Source: Phaeosaccion multiseriatum
Taxonomy: Eukaryota > Protista > Ochrophyta, other classes
Direction: 5' to 3'
DNA: 64,000 nucleotides
Assembly: GCA_965112735.1 (NCBI GenBank)
Contig: OZ218961.1
Coordinates: 248,001 to 312,000 of the forward strand
Made by a program: the position numbers and the translations under genes. This document shows, one piece after another, positions 13,401 to 23,632 of this stretch. The notes beneath the pieces were generated by a model that was given only the letters and a program-made list of their open reading frames with translations, searched no databases and was not told the DNA's origin. Numbering within the stretch: the first letter of the stretch is position 1; every line of letters starts with the position of its first letter.

Positions 13401-13650
13401 TCCTCCCTGGCACACCCGCCCCACCTTCCACAGTGTCAATCCCATCCCGGCCCTCGTCAAAATCGCGCGTCTCGTGAGACCCTGCCTGTCAATGACTCCT
13501 TGACGTGAACAACGTACAACTTGTTGTCTCTGCTGCTGCAAATGTACACACAGTCGCCTACTACTGCCACTCCGCCGGTATCCTTGAGGCGAGCATCTCG
13601 CAGGACAACTGTGCATGTCGCCGGCACGTGCGGTACTTTGACCATCAACA
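10497..13650 (-). pseudogene. Frameshifted transposase-like gene: NHL-like beta-propeller, P-element-like C-terminal catalytic motif, PHD finger
   Basis: Consecutive ORF pieces 13457-13648, 12835-13431, ~12119-12881, 11141-11965 and 10497-11144, with a GT-AG intron at ~11973-12118. NHL-like YVVDQGDHSVKML and FLFSDSGTQCIRLL; LTLNVETSFTQYRNGGGGNTNIP resembles the P-transposase E..F...R..GG...P motif; terminal C4HC3 PHD (CVVC...LLCDTDACGGEYHLGCLTPPL..VPGGDWFCPAC). Confidence 0.65.
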
Positions 13651-13872
13651 GAATGCCGAGAACAGAGTACAGCGAGTTTTGCCAGAGGCATGAGGGGGGA
13701 AGTTAGGTAGCATGAGGAACGTAAGTGTAGTTGGTGTTCATATAAGTAATCGAAGTAATACAAGAAGGCTGGGAGAGAGAAGTGTTGGCATCTTGTGGAG
13801 TCTCAAAGGTGTTTGGTATGTTCGAATCCGGATTGTCGCCAGTTGGGGAACACGTGCTTCATATGAACGGCA

Positions 13873-14032
13873 CGAACGATCGGTTCGCCACAGGATCCTG
13901 GCTGGTATCAACTTTGTTCCAATGGGAAGAACTGATGAGTCAGAGGGACACGACCTCGAGGGCTAAGTTCCCCGGGGCGGTGAGACATTACTTTTAGACA
14001 ACCATAGATGGCACTTAAGGGTGTAATATATA
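13873..14032 (+). mobile_element. ~160-bp 3' end of the same non-LTR retrotransposon, nested in the DNA transposon
   Basis: Near-identical to ~8958-9120 (HERSVRHRILAG...LEG* + 3' UTR + (TA)n); flanked by 10-bp direct repeat atgaacggca at 13863-13872 and 14033-14042. Confidence 0.88.
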
Positions 14033-15366
14033 ATGAACGGCATGCATGTCGCAGGAGGAGGATAGATAGGGAAGTGAGATTGATAAAGAAAGCTAATACA
14101 CGCTCAACATAGGATACGAACCCCTTGCTGTTGGTTGTCTGGTGTGGTCTGTCCCACATCCTAGGCTCACTTTATCATTGCCTTATTACATGGCGTTCCC
14201 CCAGAACCTGGAACCTGGCCGGCTGGCGCCGGCCAGAACCTGGAACCCAGAACCTTGTCAGGGGCCGAGCTTCTCGGGCATCCTCACACGAGAGCCTTGC
14301 TGGAACGGAATGGTCATGACGAGTGGCGCAGTGGGGCTGAGTGTGCAGCTGGCAAGGGCTGTCTCGAGGTACTGCAGCTGCTCCACGCCAATGCTCGCCA
14401 CCTCTGTTATTGGGATGCGTATGTCTGTACAGAGGCAGTCGAGCAGGGTAAGAGCCTTGCTGTGCTGAAATGGCTCAGATCGGAAGAAGTGCAGTGTGAG
14501 TGGGATGAAATGTCGTGCCCGCAGGTCATCAGGGACAGAGAGTTTAACAAGGGCGCGGTATGGAAAATCGACGCCAAAACCTTTGAGGATATCAAGCAAT
14601 GGGTGCACGCCAATGGGCACCCCTGCGACTGCGAGGACTGAGGAGAGGCAGTGGTGCGTCAAGTCGGGCCAAGGGCAAGCATGAAGGGTAGGGAGGGCAC
14701 CTTCCGCACACACTCTCTCTGGGCCGAGTCCCACAAGCTCATCGGAGACTTGAGCGGGAGGACGAAGGGGACAGGCTACAGGGGAGAGGGGCGGAGAAGG
14801 GATGGGGAAGTGTCTCCGACTTGAGAGAGGAGAGAGGAGAGAGTGGAGGCATGATGAGAGCTTGAGGCATGGCATGGCTTCAGCCCAGGGGCAGGGCAGA
14901 GCCCCCCGGGAGCAGCGGTGTCAGCGATGTCGATCACTGGCCACTAGGAGGGTGCATTGTGTTTTAGTGAATGTCGTGTCATATCAGAGTGAGTGAGTTA
15001 GTTTGTGAGAGTGGGTGAGTGAGTGAGTTAGTTTGTGAGAGTGGGTGAGTGAGTGAGTTAGTTTGTGAGAGTGGGTGAGTGAGTGAGTTAGTTTGTGAGA
15101 GTGGGTGAGTGAGTGAGTTAGTTTGTGAGAGTGGGTGAGTGAGTGAGTTAGTTTCAGAGACTGGGTGGGTGAGTGAGTTAGTTTCAGAGAGTGGGCGAGT
15201 GAGTGTGTGATTGAGGGAACGAGAGAGTAGGAACCCCAGGAAGCAGAACACCGCTACCAATAAAGGACAGAGGCAAACCCTTTTGCTATGTAGGGACGCG
15301 GCGGAGCAAATATTTATTGATTTAAACAGGAATCACCTACAGAAGCTGAAAGTGTGAGTGTGTGAG

Positions 15367-15399
<33 letters not shown>

Positions 15400-15544
15400 T
15401 AGTAAAGGGCTGTCAACGGTGGCCAGGGGGGTTGGTCGAGGGAAGGCATCACACGGAGGAAGCTCAGGGAGGATGTTTTGTTGGGCCTTTGTTGCCTCAG
15501 GGCCTCGACATCCAGACTCACAGATGGCGGGCCTGGCAGACCCG

Positions 15545-16139
15545 TGGCCAAGCAGATGGAGATGGACATCGTGACTCCCCCCAGGATGTTTGAGCTTCCA
15601 TCCGATCATGAATATGGGGACGGCCACAAGTCCCTCATGATCGACGTCACGCTCACGGATGCCACCAACATTACCAATCGGGCCAAGGCATCGAAGGAGG
15701 CACTCGCGGCAGCCAAGAAGGCTGAAGCAACCAAGCGCACCAGGTATGGTGTGCCACATGGAGGCATGGAGGGCCAGGGTGGAGACATCCACTATGACCC
15801 CACGAGGTATCATCTCGTCCCTTTTGGGATGGAGCAGCAAGGTGCATTTGGTCCGTCAGCACAGATGTTTATCAAAACACTCGCCACCCACATGGCTGGG
15901 GGGCACGAACATCTTGACATGAGGGCTTACGCGAGAGCTGTTTGCGTCATTCGGCGACGATTAGCCGTAGCGCTCCAGAGGGCCCGACACGAACGATCGG
16001 TTCGACACAGGATCCTGGCTGGTATCAACTTTGTTCCAATGGGGAGAACTGATGAGTCAGAGGGACACGACCTCGAGGGCTAAGTTCCCCGGGGCGGTGA
16101 GACATTACTTTTAGACAACCATAGATGGCACTTAAGGGT
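15545..16139 (+). mobile_element. Second copy of the 5'-truncated RLE retroelement, co-duplicated with its flank
   Basis: Same 5' junction (agacccg|tggcc) and identical translation as 8515-9122; the 3' junction and TSD are altered. Confidence 0.82.
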
Positions 16140-16553
16140 ATGTTACAGCTCATACCTCCCACGCGTGAATAAAGTAGGCAGCATAAGGAAGGGGGCGAGG
16201 CTGATAGAAAGAAAGGATTCTGCTGGCGCTGGTAAGTGCCTGCTACCGGAGATAGCCCGCCCCTCTGTTCTTGAGGGGGGAGCACGACGGGGGAAGCGGG
16301 GAAGCAGCTGTGGGGAAAAGGAGTGAGAGGAGTTACAACAGATGTATGAATCGTGCTGGCCATCTGGTCTCTCCGCTGCTGCCCCTCCTCCACAGCCGCT
16401 CACTCTCTCTCTCTCTCTCTCTCCCTCCCTCTCCCCTCCACCTTTCCTTCCACTCCCCCCTTCTTCAGCAACTTACCTGCTCCGGCCAGCAGGGCTTACT
16501 AGAGGTGCTTACTTCCTCGCATTTATCCCAAGGTCTCCTGTTTCGACGAAACA

Positions 16554-17633
16554 ATGGAGACGAGGCTGCAGCGGAGGAGAACGGCATTGGGGCACGGGGA
16601 GCCGCCACATGACTCTGCACAGGGAAGGAGGCTGAGACGCTCTCCAGCAACTACAGCATGTGGGGGTACCAGTGCTACGCCCTTAGTGAATGAGCTGCTC
16701 TTTGAAGCTTGCCATGAGGCCCTGGAGAATCTCGAGCTGCTTCGTGCCATCTTGGAGCGCTTGGGAAAGGGGCACTTCTGCTTCGTGGCTGGTGTGAGCA
16801 AAGATTGGAAGGCCAGCTACACCGCTTTGTATCCAGCAGTGGAGACAGCGTTTTCGTCTGTGGTCAGCTCTGTGGAGTGCGTGAACTGGGCGACAAGTCG
16901 GCAGGGCCTCGAGCTGAGTGTCAAGCTCTTCAGGGCCGCTGCCCGGCACGGAGATGTCGAGGTATGCAAGGCCCTCCATGGCAAGGACTGTCCCTGGAAT
17001 AAAAATGTGTGTCACGAAACAGCGTTTAACAATAAGCATGGCCTGAGAGTACTGCAGTGGCTGCGCTCAGAGGACCTTCCCGACAAGGAGCAGTGCCCAT
17101 TGTACGAGGACGGCTCCACTACGTGTGCTATTGCACGTCAAGGGCGCTTGGATATGCTCAAGTGGTTGCTGTCGGACGACGGTGGGGTAGACTTTGATGC
17201 CGGCTCTTGGAACAGTGCATGCATAGGCGGGCACATCCCCGTCGTGGCATGGCTTCTCGAGCATCCTCCCACGAGAGGCTTGCTGGAAGAGAATGAAGAC
17301 GGCTCTTGGTGCTATGGGGCTTGTTATGCAGCTGGCTGGGGCGGCCTCGAGGTACTGCAGTTCCTCCACGCCAATGCTCGCCACCTCTGTTATTGGGATG
17401 CTCGGGTCTGTAAATATGCAGTCATGTGTGGTAAGAACCTTGCTGTGCTCAAGTGGCTCAGATCGGAGGAAGTGCAGTGCGAGTGGGACGAAGAGTCGTG
17501 CCCACAGGTCATCAGGGACGAAGGAGTGTATGAATATGATTACGAGGAGGAATGGGATATCGACGCCAAAACCTTTGAGGACATCAAGCAGTGGGTGCAC
17601 GACAATGGACACCCCTGCGACTGCGAGGACTGA
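16554..17633 (+). CDS. F-box-like + ankyrin-like repeat protein, copy 3 (359 aa)
   Basis: Intact intronless ORF, METRLQRRR...HPCDCED. Confidence 0.9.
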   Translation: METRLQRRRTALGHGEPPHDSAQGRRLRRSPATTACGGTSATPLVNELLFEACHEALENLELLRAILERLGKGHFCFVAGVSKDWKASYTALYPAVETAFSSVVSSVECVNWATSRQGLELSVKLFRAAARHGDVEVCKALHGKDCPWNKNVCHETAFNNKHGLRVLQWLRSEDLPDKEQCPLYEDGSTTCAIARQGRLDMLKWLLSDDGGVDFDAGSWNSACIGGHIPVVAWLLEHPPTRGLLEENEDGSWCYGACYAAGWGGLEVLQFLHANARHLCYWDARVCKYAVMCGKNLAVLKWLRSEEVQCEWDEESCPQVIRDEGVYEYDYEEEWDIDAKTFEDIKQWVHDNGHPCDCED

Positions 17634-18273
17634 GGAGAGAATAAGCTTGCACAGATCGGGAGAGAGAGGTATGTACCCAGGGGGGCAGACGGAAGCCTCG
17701 ACTTGCTCCCCTCCGTTCATTGCATTGAGATTGAGATGCGGGAAATGCCCATCCACACGTCCACACGCCCACACGGCCGCATGGGAAGGGAACTTTGGAA
17801 ATGAGTTTCCTTCCGGCGCTTTTTACTCACTTATCACCTAAGAAACTGAAAGTGTGCGTAGGAGGCTTTGGAAGCGATTGACGAGCACGGTGGGGTGGCC
17901 TCGGCGTGGCTTCATACTGAGTGAGTTAGTGATTGAGTGAGTGAGTGAGTGAGGGGGCTTCATACTGAGTGAGTCAGGGGCTGCCGTGGACGCCTTGGTA
18001 TTCCTCACTGCCCGCCGTCCGCTTCCCTCTGGCAGAAGGGTTGTGATTGAGTAATAATAAGAAATGAGCATAGAAAATCGCATACTCTCGAAGAAGAGCT
18101 CCACGTGTGCTCCATACCCAATGTCCTGTACGCCCTTTGTCCTTATCCCCTTTGCCTACTGCACGGCCTTGTCACTGACCCGATACCCTCCGGCCCACAG
18201 TCCCGAATTAGACCAAAATAGACCTTGTCGATACCAAATGTTGATGTCCTGCCCATACACCTACAATGTGTGT

Positions 18274-18327
<54 letters not shown>

Positions 18328-18477
18328 GTGTGTGTGTGTGTGTGCGTGTGTGTGTTAGCGAAGGGCTGTCAACGGTGGCCATGGGGGTTGGTCGAGGGAA
18401 GGCATCACACGGAGGAAGCTTGCAGCTTGGAGTAGCATGGTATATATATATAGAAATGTTTCTCTGCTATTTTGTTG

Positions 18478-19265
18478 TCGGCCCCAGACTGGCCTGGAAG
18501 CCTATGCTCTAGGCCGGCCATTTTTTCTCCCTAGGCCGGCGGTTCTAGGCCTAGGTCTCGACCTATCTGATTACTGATTATGGCGTCAGCCGGCCTGGTT
18601 GCTGATTGCAGCCGGTGACCAGCCGGCCTGATTACTGATTATGCGCCAGCCGGGGGCTGATTACTGATTACGGCCGGCGCACACCGTAACCTTGTCCAGG
18701 GTCGGAGGGAGGGAGGGAGGGAGGGAGGGAGGGAGGGAGGGAGGGAGGGAGGGAGGGAGGGAGGGAGGGAGGGAGGGAGGGAGGGAGGGAGGGAGGGAGG
18801 GAGGGAGGGAGGGAGGGAGGGAGGGAGGGAGGGAGGGAGGGAGGGAGGGAGGGAGGGAGGGAGGGAGGGAGGGAGGGAGGGAGGGAGGGAGGGAGGGAGG
18901 GAGGGAGGGAGGGAGGGAGGGAGGGAGGGAGGGAGGGAGGGAGGGAGGGAGGGAGGGAGGGAGGGAGGGAGGGAGTCAACCCTGGACAAGATTATCTGAT
19001 TACTGATTACGGCCGGCGCAGCCGGCCTGATTACTGATTATGACCGGCACCAGCCGGCCTGGTTGCTTACAGCCGGTGACCAGCCGGCCTGAGTACTGAT
19101 TATGCGCCAGCTGGGGGCTGGGGGCTGATTACTGATTGCGGTCCAGGCGCACACCGTAATCTTGTCCAGGGTCGATAGGCCTAGGCCGGGGGCCGGGGGG
19201 GCTGCGCCAAAAGTAGGCCTAGGCCAGGGGCCTGCGGCCGCCCTAGGCAACTTTAGGCTTCTAGG
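18478..19265. mobile_element. Nested MITE-like cluster with TCG-type termini around a (GGGA)n tract
   Basis: Outer ctaggcc-rich element begins tcggcccc at ~18478. Two inner units carry ctgattactgatt repeats; the second has TIR-like ends tcaaccctggacaagatta (~18976) and taatcttgtccagggtcga (~19175). Absent from paralogous ankyrin units. Confidence 0.65.
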
Positions 19266-19607
19266 TTGGGCCTTTGGGCTACTGGCTGCCTCAGGGCCTC
19301 GACATCCAGACTCACAGATGGCGGGTCTGGCAGACCAAGATGTCTACATAGAAAACCGGCAAAGACCTCCCACGCGTGAATAAAGTAGGCAGCATAAGGA
19401 AGGGGGCGAGGCTGATAGAAACAAAGGATTCTGCTGGCGCTGGTAAGTGCCTGCTACCGGAGATGGCCCGCCCCTCTGTTCTTGAGGGGGGAGCAAGACG
19501 GGGGAAGCGGGGAAGCAGCTGCGGGGAAGAGGAGTGGGAGGAGTTACAACAGATGTATGAATCATGCTGGCCATCTGGTCTCTCTGCTGCTGCCCTTCCT
19601 TCACGGC

Positions 19608-19649
<42 letters not shown>

Positions 19650-19773
19650 ACCTCTCCCCTCCGCCTTTCCTTCCACTCCATTCTTGTTCAGCAACTTATC
19701 TGCCCCGGCCAGCAGGGCTTACTGAAGGTGCTTACTTCCTCGCATTTATCCCAAGGCCTTTTTCGACGAAACA

Positions 19774-20856
19774 ATGGAGACGAGGCTGCAGCGGAGGAGA
19801 ACGGCATTGGGGCACGGGGAGGCGCCACATGACTCTGCACAGGGAAGGAGGCTGAGACGGTTGAGATCGTCTCCGGCAACAACAGCAAGTGGGGGTGCCA
19901 GTGCTACGCCCTCAGTGAATGGGCTGCTCTTTGAAGCTTGCCACGAGGCCCTGGAGAATCTCGAGCTGCTTCGTGCCATCTTGGCGCACTTGGGAAAGGG
20001 CCACCTCTGCTTCGTGGCTGGTGTGGGCAAGGAGTGGAAGGCCAGCTACGCCGCGTTGTATCCAGCAGTGGAGACAGCGTTTTCGTCTGTGGTCAGCTCT
20101 GTGGAGTGCGTGAACTGGGCGACAGGTCGGCAGGGCCTCGAGCTAACTGAGGAGCTCTTCAGGGCCGCTGCCCGGCACGGAGATGTCGAGGTATGCAAGG
20201 CCCTCCATGGCAAGGACTGTCCCTGGGATGAAGATGTGTGTCACGAAACAGCGGAGAACAGCAAGCATGGCCTGAGAGTACTGAAGTGGCTCCGCTCAGA
20301 GGACCTTCCCGACAAGGAGCAGTGCCCATGGGACGCTAGCGGCTGCGAAATGTGTTGCCAAGCTGCAAGTGAAGGGCGCTTGGATATGCTCAAGTGGCTG
20401 CTGTCGGACGACGCTGGGGCAGACTTTCGTGCTATCTCTTGGAACATCGCATGTGAAGGAGGGGATATTCCCGTCGTGGAATGGCTTCTCGGGCATCCTC
20501 CCACGAGAGCCTTGCTGGAACAAGAAGATGATGACGACTGGCGCGATGGGGCTGGGTTTGCAGCTGGAGGGGGCCGCCTTGAGGTACTGCAGCTGCTCCA
20601 CGGCAATGCTCGGCACCTCTGTGATTGGGATGTGAGCCTCTGTATGAATGCAGTCATGGAAGGTAAGAGCCTTGCTGTGCTGAAATGGCTCAGATCGGAA
20701 GAAGTGCAGTGTGAGTGGGATGAAATGTCCTGCCCACAGGTCATCAGGGACAGAGAGTTTAACGAGTGCGCGGTATGGGACATCGACGCCAAAACCTTTG
20801 AGGATATCAAGCAATGGGTGCACGCCAATGGGCACCCCTGCAACTGCGAGGACTGA
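19774..20856 (+). CDS. F-box-like + ankyrin-like repeat protein, copy 4 (360 aa)
   Basis: Intact intronless ORF, paralogous to the other copies. Confidence 0.9.
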   Translation: METRLQRRRTALGHGEAPHDSAQGRRLRRLRSSPATTASGGASATPSVNGLLFEACHEALENLELLRAILAHLGKGHLCFVAGVGKEWKASYAALYPAVETAFSSVVSSVECVNWATGRQGLELTEELFRAAARHGDVEVCKALHGKDCPWDEDVCHETAENSKHGLRVLKWLRSEDLPDKEQCPWDASGCEMCCQAASEGRLDMLKWLLSDDAGADFRAISWNIACEGGDIPVVEWLLGHPPTRALLEQEDDDDWRDGAGFAAGGGRLEVLQLLHGNARHLCDWDVSLCMNAVMEGKSLAVLKWLRSEEVQCEWDEMSCPQVIRDREFNECAVWDIDAKTFEDIKQWVHANGHPCNCED

Positions 20857-21763
20857 GGAGAGGCAGTGGTGTGTCAAGTCGGGCCAAGGGCAAGCATGAA
20901 GGGTAGGGAGGGCGCCTTCCGCACACACTCTCTCTGGGCCGAGTCCCACAAGCTCATCGGAGACTTGAGCGGGAGGACGAAGGGGACAGGCTACAGGGGA
21001 GAGGGGCGGAGAAGGGATGGGGAAGTGTCTCTGACTTGAGAGAGGAGAGAGGAGAGAGGAGAGAGTGGAGGCATGATAAGAGCTTGAGGCATGGCATGGC
21101 TTCAGCCCTGGGGCAGGGCAGAGCCCCCCGGGAGCAGCGGTGTCAGCGATGTCGATCATTGGCCACTAGGAGGGTGCATTGTGTTTTAGTGAATGTCGTG
21201 TCATATCAGGGAGTGGGTGAGTGAGTGAGTTAGTTTGTGAGAGTGGGTGAGTGAGTGAGTTAGTTTGTGAGAGTGGGTGACTGAGTGTGTGATTGAGGGA
21301 ACGAGAGAGTGAGTAGGAGGAGGAACCCCAGGAAGCAGAACACCGCTGCTTATAAAGAACAGAGGCAAACCCTTTTGCTATGTAGGGATGTGATTTAAAA
21401 TAGGCTGTTGGGCCTTCGCTGCCGCAGGGCCTCGACATCCAGACTCACAGATGGCGGACCTGGCAAACCCGGAGCTAATTAGACCCGGAGCTTTACTTCA
21501 TACAAGATATTACGGGCCGCAAGACCTCCCACGTGTGAATAAAGTAGGCAGCATAAGGAAGGGGGTGAGGCTGATAGAAAGAAAGCATTCTGCTGGCGCT
21601 GGTAAGTGCCTGCTACCGGAGATAGCCCGCCCCTCTCTTTGAGGGGGGAGCAAGACGGGGGAAGAAGGAGGAGTTACGACAAATATGATCATGCCATCTG
21701 GTCTCTCTGCTGCTGCCCTTCCTCCACAGCCGCTCACTCTCTCTCTCTCTCTCTTTCTCTCCC

Positions 21764-21796
<33 letters not shown>

Positions 21797-21905
21797 GCTC
21801 CGCTCCGCCTTTCGTTCCACTCCCCCCTCCTTCAGCAACTTCTCTCCTCCAGCCAGCCGGTGCTTACATACTCGCCTTTATCCCAAGGCCTGTTTCGACG
21901 AAACG

Positions 21906-22985
21906 ATGGAGACGAGGCTGCAGCGGAGGAGAACGGCATTGGGGCACGGGGAGGCGCCACATGACTCTGCACAGGGAAGGAGGCTGAGACGGTCTCCGGC
22001 AACAACAGCATGTGGGGGTGCCAGTGCTACGCCCTCAGTGAATGGGCTGCTCTTTGAAGCTTGCCACGAGGCCCTGGAGAATCTCGAGCTGCTTCGTGCC
22101 ATCTTGGCGCACTTGGGAAAGGGGCACCTCTGCTTCGTGGCTGGTGTGAGCAAGGAGTGGAAGGCCAGCTACACCGCTTTGTATCCAGCAGTGGAGACAG
22201 CGTTTTCGTCTGTGGTCAGCTCTGTGGAGTGCTTGAACTGGGCGACAAGTCGGCTGGGCCTCGAGCTGAGTGTCAAGCTCTTCAGGGCCACTGCTCGGTA
22301 CGGAGATGTCGAGGTATGCAAGGCCCTCCATGGCAAGGACTGTCCCTGGGATGAGTATGTGTGTACCGCAACAGTGCGTAACAGAGAGCATGGCCTGAGC
22401 GTACTCAAGTGGCTGCGCTCAGAGGACCTTCCCGACAAGGAGCAGTGCCCATGGGACGGCTCCTATATGTGTTGCCGAGCTGCAAGTAAAGGGCGCTTAG
22501 ATATGCTCAAGTGGTTGCTGTCGGACGACGGTGGGGCAGACTTTGATGTCGTCTCTTGGAACGACGCATGTAAAGGTGGACATGTTCTCGTCGTGGAATG
22601 GCTTCTCGAGCATCCTCCCACGAGAGCTGTCCTGGAACGGAATGATTATAACGAGTGGCGCGATGGGGCTTTGTATGCAGCTGAAGGTGGCCGCCTCGAG
22701 GTGCTGCAGTTCCTCCACGCCAATGCTCGCCACCTTTGTGATTGGGATGCTCAGGTCTGTCTGTATGCAGTCATGTTCGGCAAGAGTCTTGCTGTGCTCA
22801 AGTGGCTCAGATCGGAAGACGTGCAGTGTGCGTGGGACGAAGAGTCGTGCCCACAAGTCATCAGGGACAGAGGATTGTATGAATGGTATTACGAGGGCGC
22901 GGTATGGGACATCGACGCCAAAACCTTTGAGGACATCAAGCAGTGGGTGCACGCCAATGGGCACCCCTGCGACTGCGAGGACTGA
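21906..22985 (+). CDS. F-box-like + ankyrin-like repeat protein, copy 5 (359 aa)
   Basis: Intact ORF; start placed at the family ATG (METRLQRRR, 21906) rather than the upstream extension in the ORF track. Confidence 0.9.
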   Translation: METRLQRRRTALGHGEAPHDSAQGRRLRRSPATTACGGASATPSVNGLLFEACHEALENLELLRAILAHLGKGHLCFVAGVSKEWKASYTALYPAVETAFSSVVSSVECLNWATSRLGLELSVKLFRATARYGDVEVCKALHGKDCPWDEYVCTATVRNREHGLSVLKWLRSEDLPDKEQCPWDGSYMCCRAASKGRLDMLKWLLSDDGGADFDVVSWNDACKGGHVLVVEWLLEHPPTRAVLERNDYNEWRDGALYAAEGGRLEVLQFLHANARHLCDWDAQVCLYAVMFGKSLAVLKWLRSEDVQCAWDEESCPQVIRDRGLYEWYYEGAVWDIDAKTFEDIKQWVHANGHPCDCED

Positions 22986-23632
22986 GGAGAGAATAAGCTT
23001 GCACAGATCGGGAGAGAGAGGTACGTACCCAGGGGGGCAGACGGAAGCCTCGACTTGCTCCCCTCCGTTCATGGCATTGAGATTGAGATGCGGGAAATGC
23101 CCATCCACACGTCCACACGGCCACACGGCCGCATGGGAAGGGAACTTTGAAGAGATTGAAGACATGCGTATCCTTCCAGAGGCTTTTTACTGACTTGATT
23201 GGAATCACCTAAGTAGGAGGCTTTTTACTGACTTGATAGGAATCACCTAAGAAACTGAAAGTGTGTGTAGGAGGCTTTGGAAGCGATTGACGAGCACAGT
23301 GGCCTCGGCGTGGCTTCATACTGAGTGAGTCAGGGGCTGCCGTGGACACAGACCCCTTGGTGTTCCTCACTGCCCGCCGTCCGCTCCCCTCTGGCAGACG
23401 GGTTGTGATTGAGTAATAATAAGAAATAAGCATAGAAAATCGCATACCCACGGCACCAGACCGGCCTGCTGCTTGCTTGTGCTTGGGCCGTTGCAGGTGC
23501 AGCACTCTTGAAGAAGAGCTCCACGTATGCTCCATAGAACTGAAGCTGAAACTGAAGCTGAAACTCGAAACAGCGGCAGCAGGATGGGGTGAAACATGAA
23601 ACTGAGACAGGTCTATTCAAGGAAGCTGACAC

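Larger units (their letters stand above)
10231..14268 (-). mobile_element. 4038-bp TIR DNA transposon (TCG...CGA termini, 7-bp TSD), P-like, degenerate
   Basis: Perfect 21-bp TIRs tcggcccctgacaaggttctg (10231-10251) and cagaaccttgtcaggggccga (14248-14268). TSD gcttctc at 10224-10230 and 14269-14275. Subterminal ccagaacctggaacc and ccggctggcgccgg repeats at both ends. Confidence 0.92.
9511..14641 (+). pseudogene. F-box-like + ankyrin-like gene copy 2, interrupted by a DNA transposon
   Basis: 9511-10230 encodes METRLQRRR...VVEWLL, and the frame resumes at 14276 (GHPHTRALL...HPCDCED*). Removing the insert and one TSD restores a full-length paralog. Confidence 0.9.

Noticed and set aside
14100-14200. 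WDRPH as the P-transposase D(2)H motif
   Set aside because: The match is too short and the surrounding frame is broken; it cannot be supported without a full-length copy.
18639-19006. ORFs of (PPSL)n/(GGRE)n and similar repetitive peptides throughout the window
   Set aside because: They are translations of stop-free microsatellites, mostly intronic.
21606-21905. 100-aa N-terminal extension of ankyrin copy 5
   Set aside because: It reads through the probable 5'-UTR intron and (CT)n tract and is not open in the paralogs.
6791-22985. Diversity-generating retroelement explaining the ankyrin variability
   Set aside because: No reverse transcriptase and no invariant template repeat are present; the nearby retro fragment is only an endonuclease tail. 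Changes at the variable codons are not visibly adenine-restricted.
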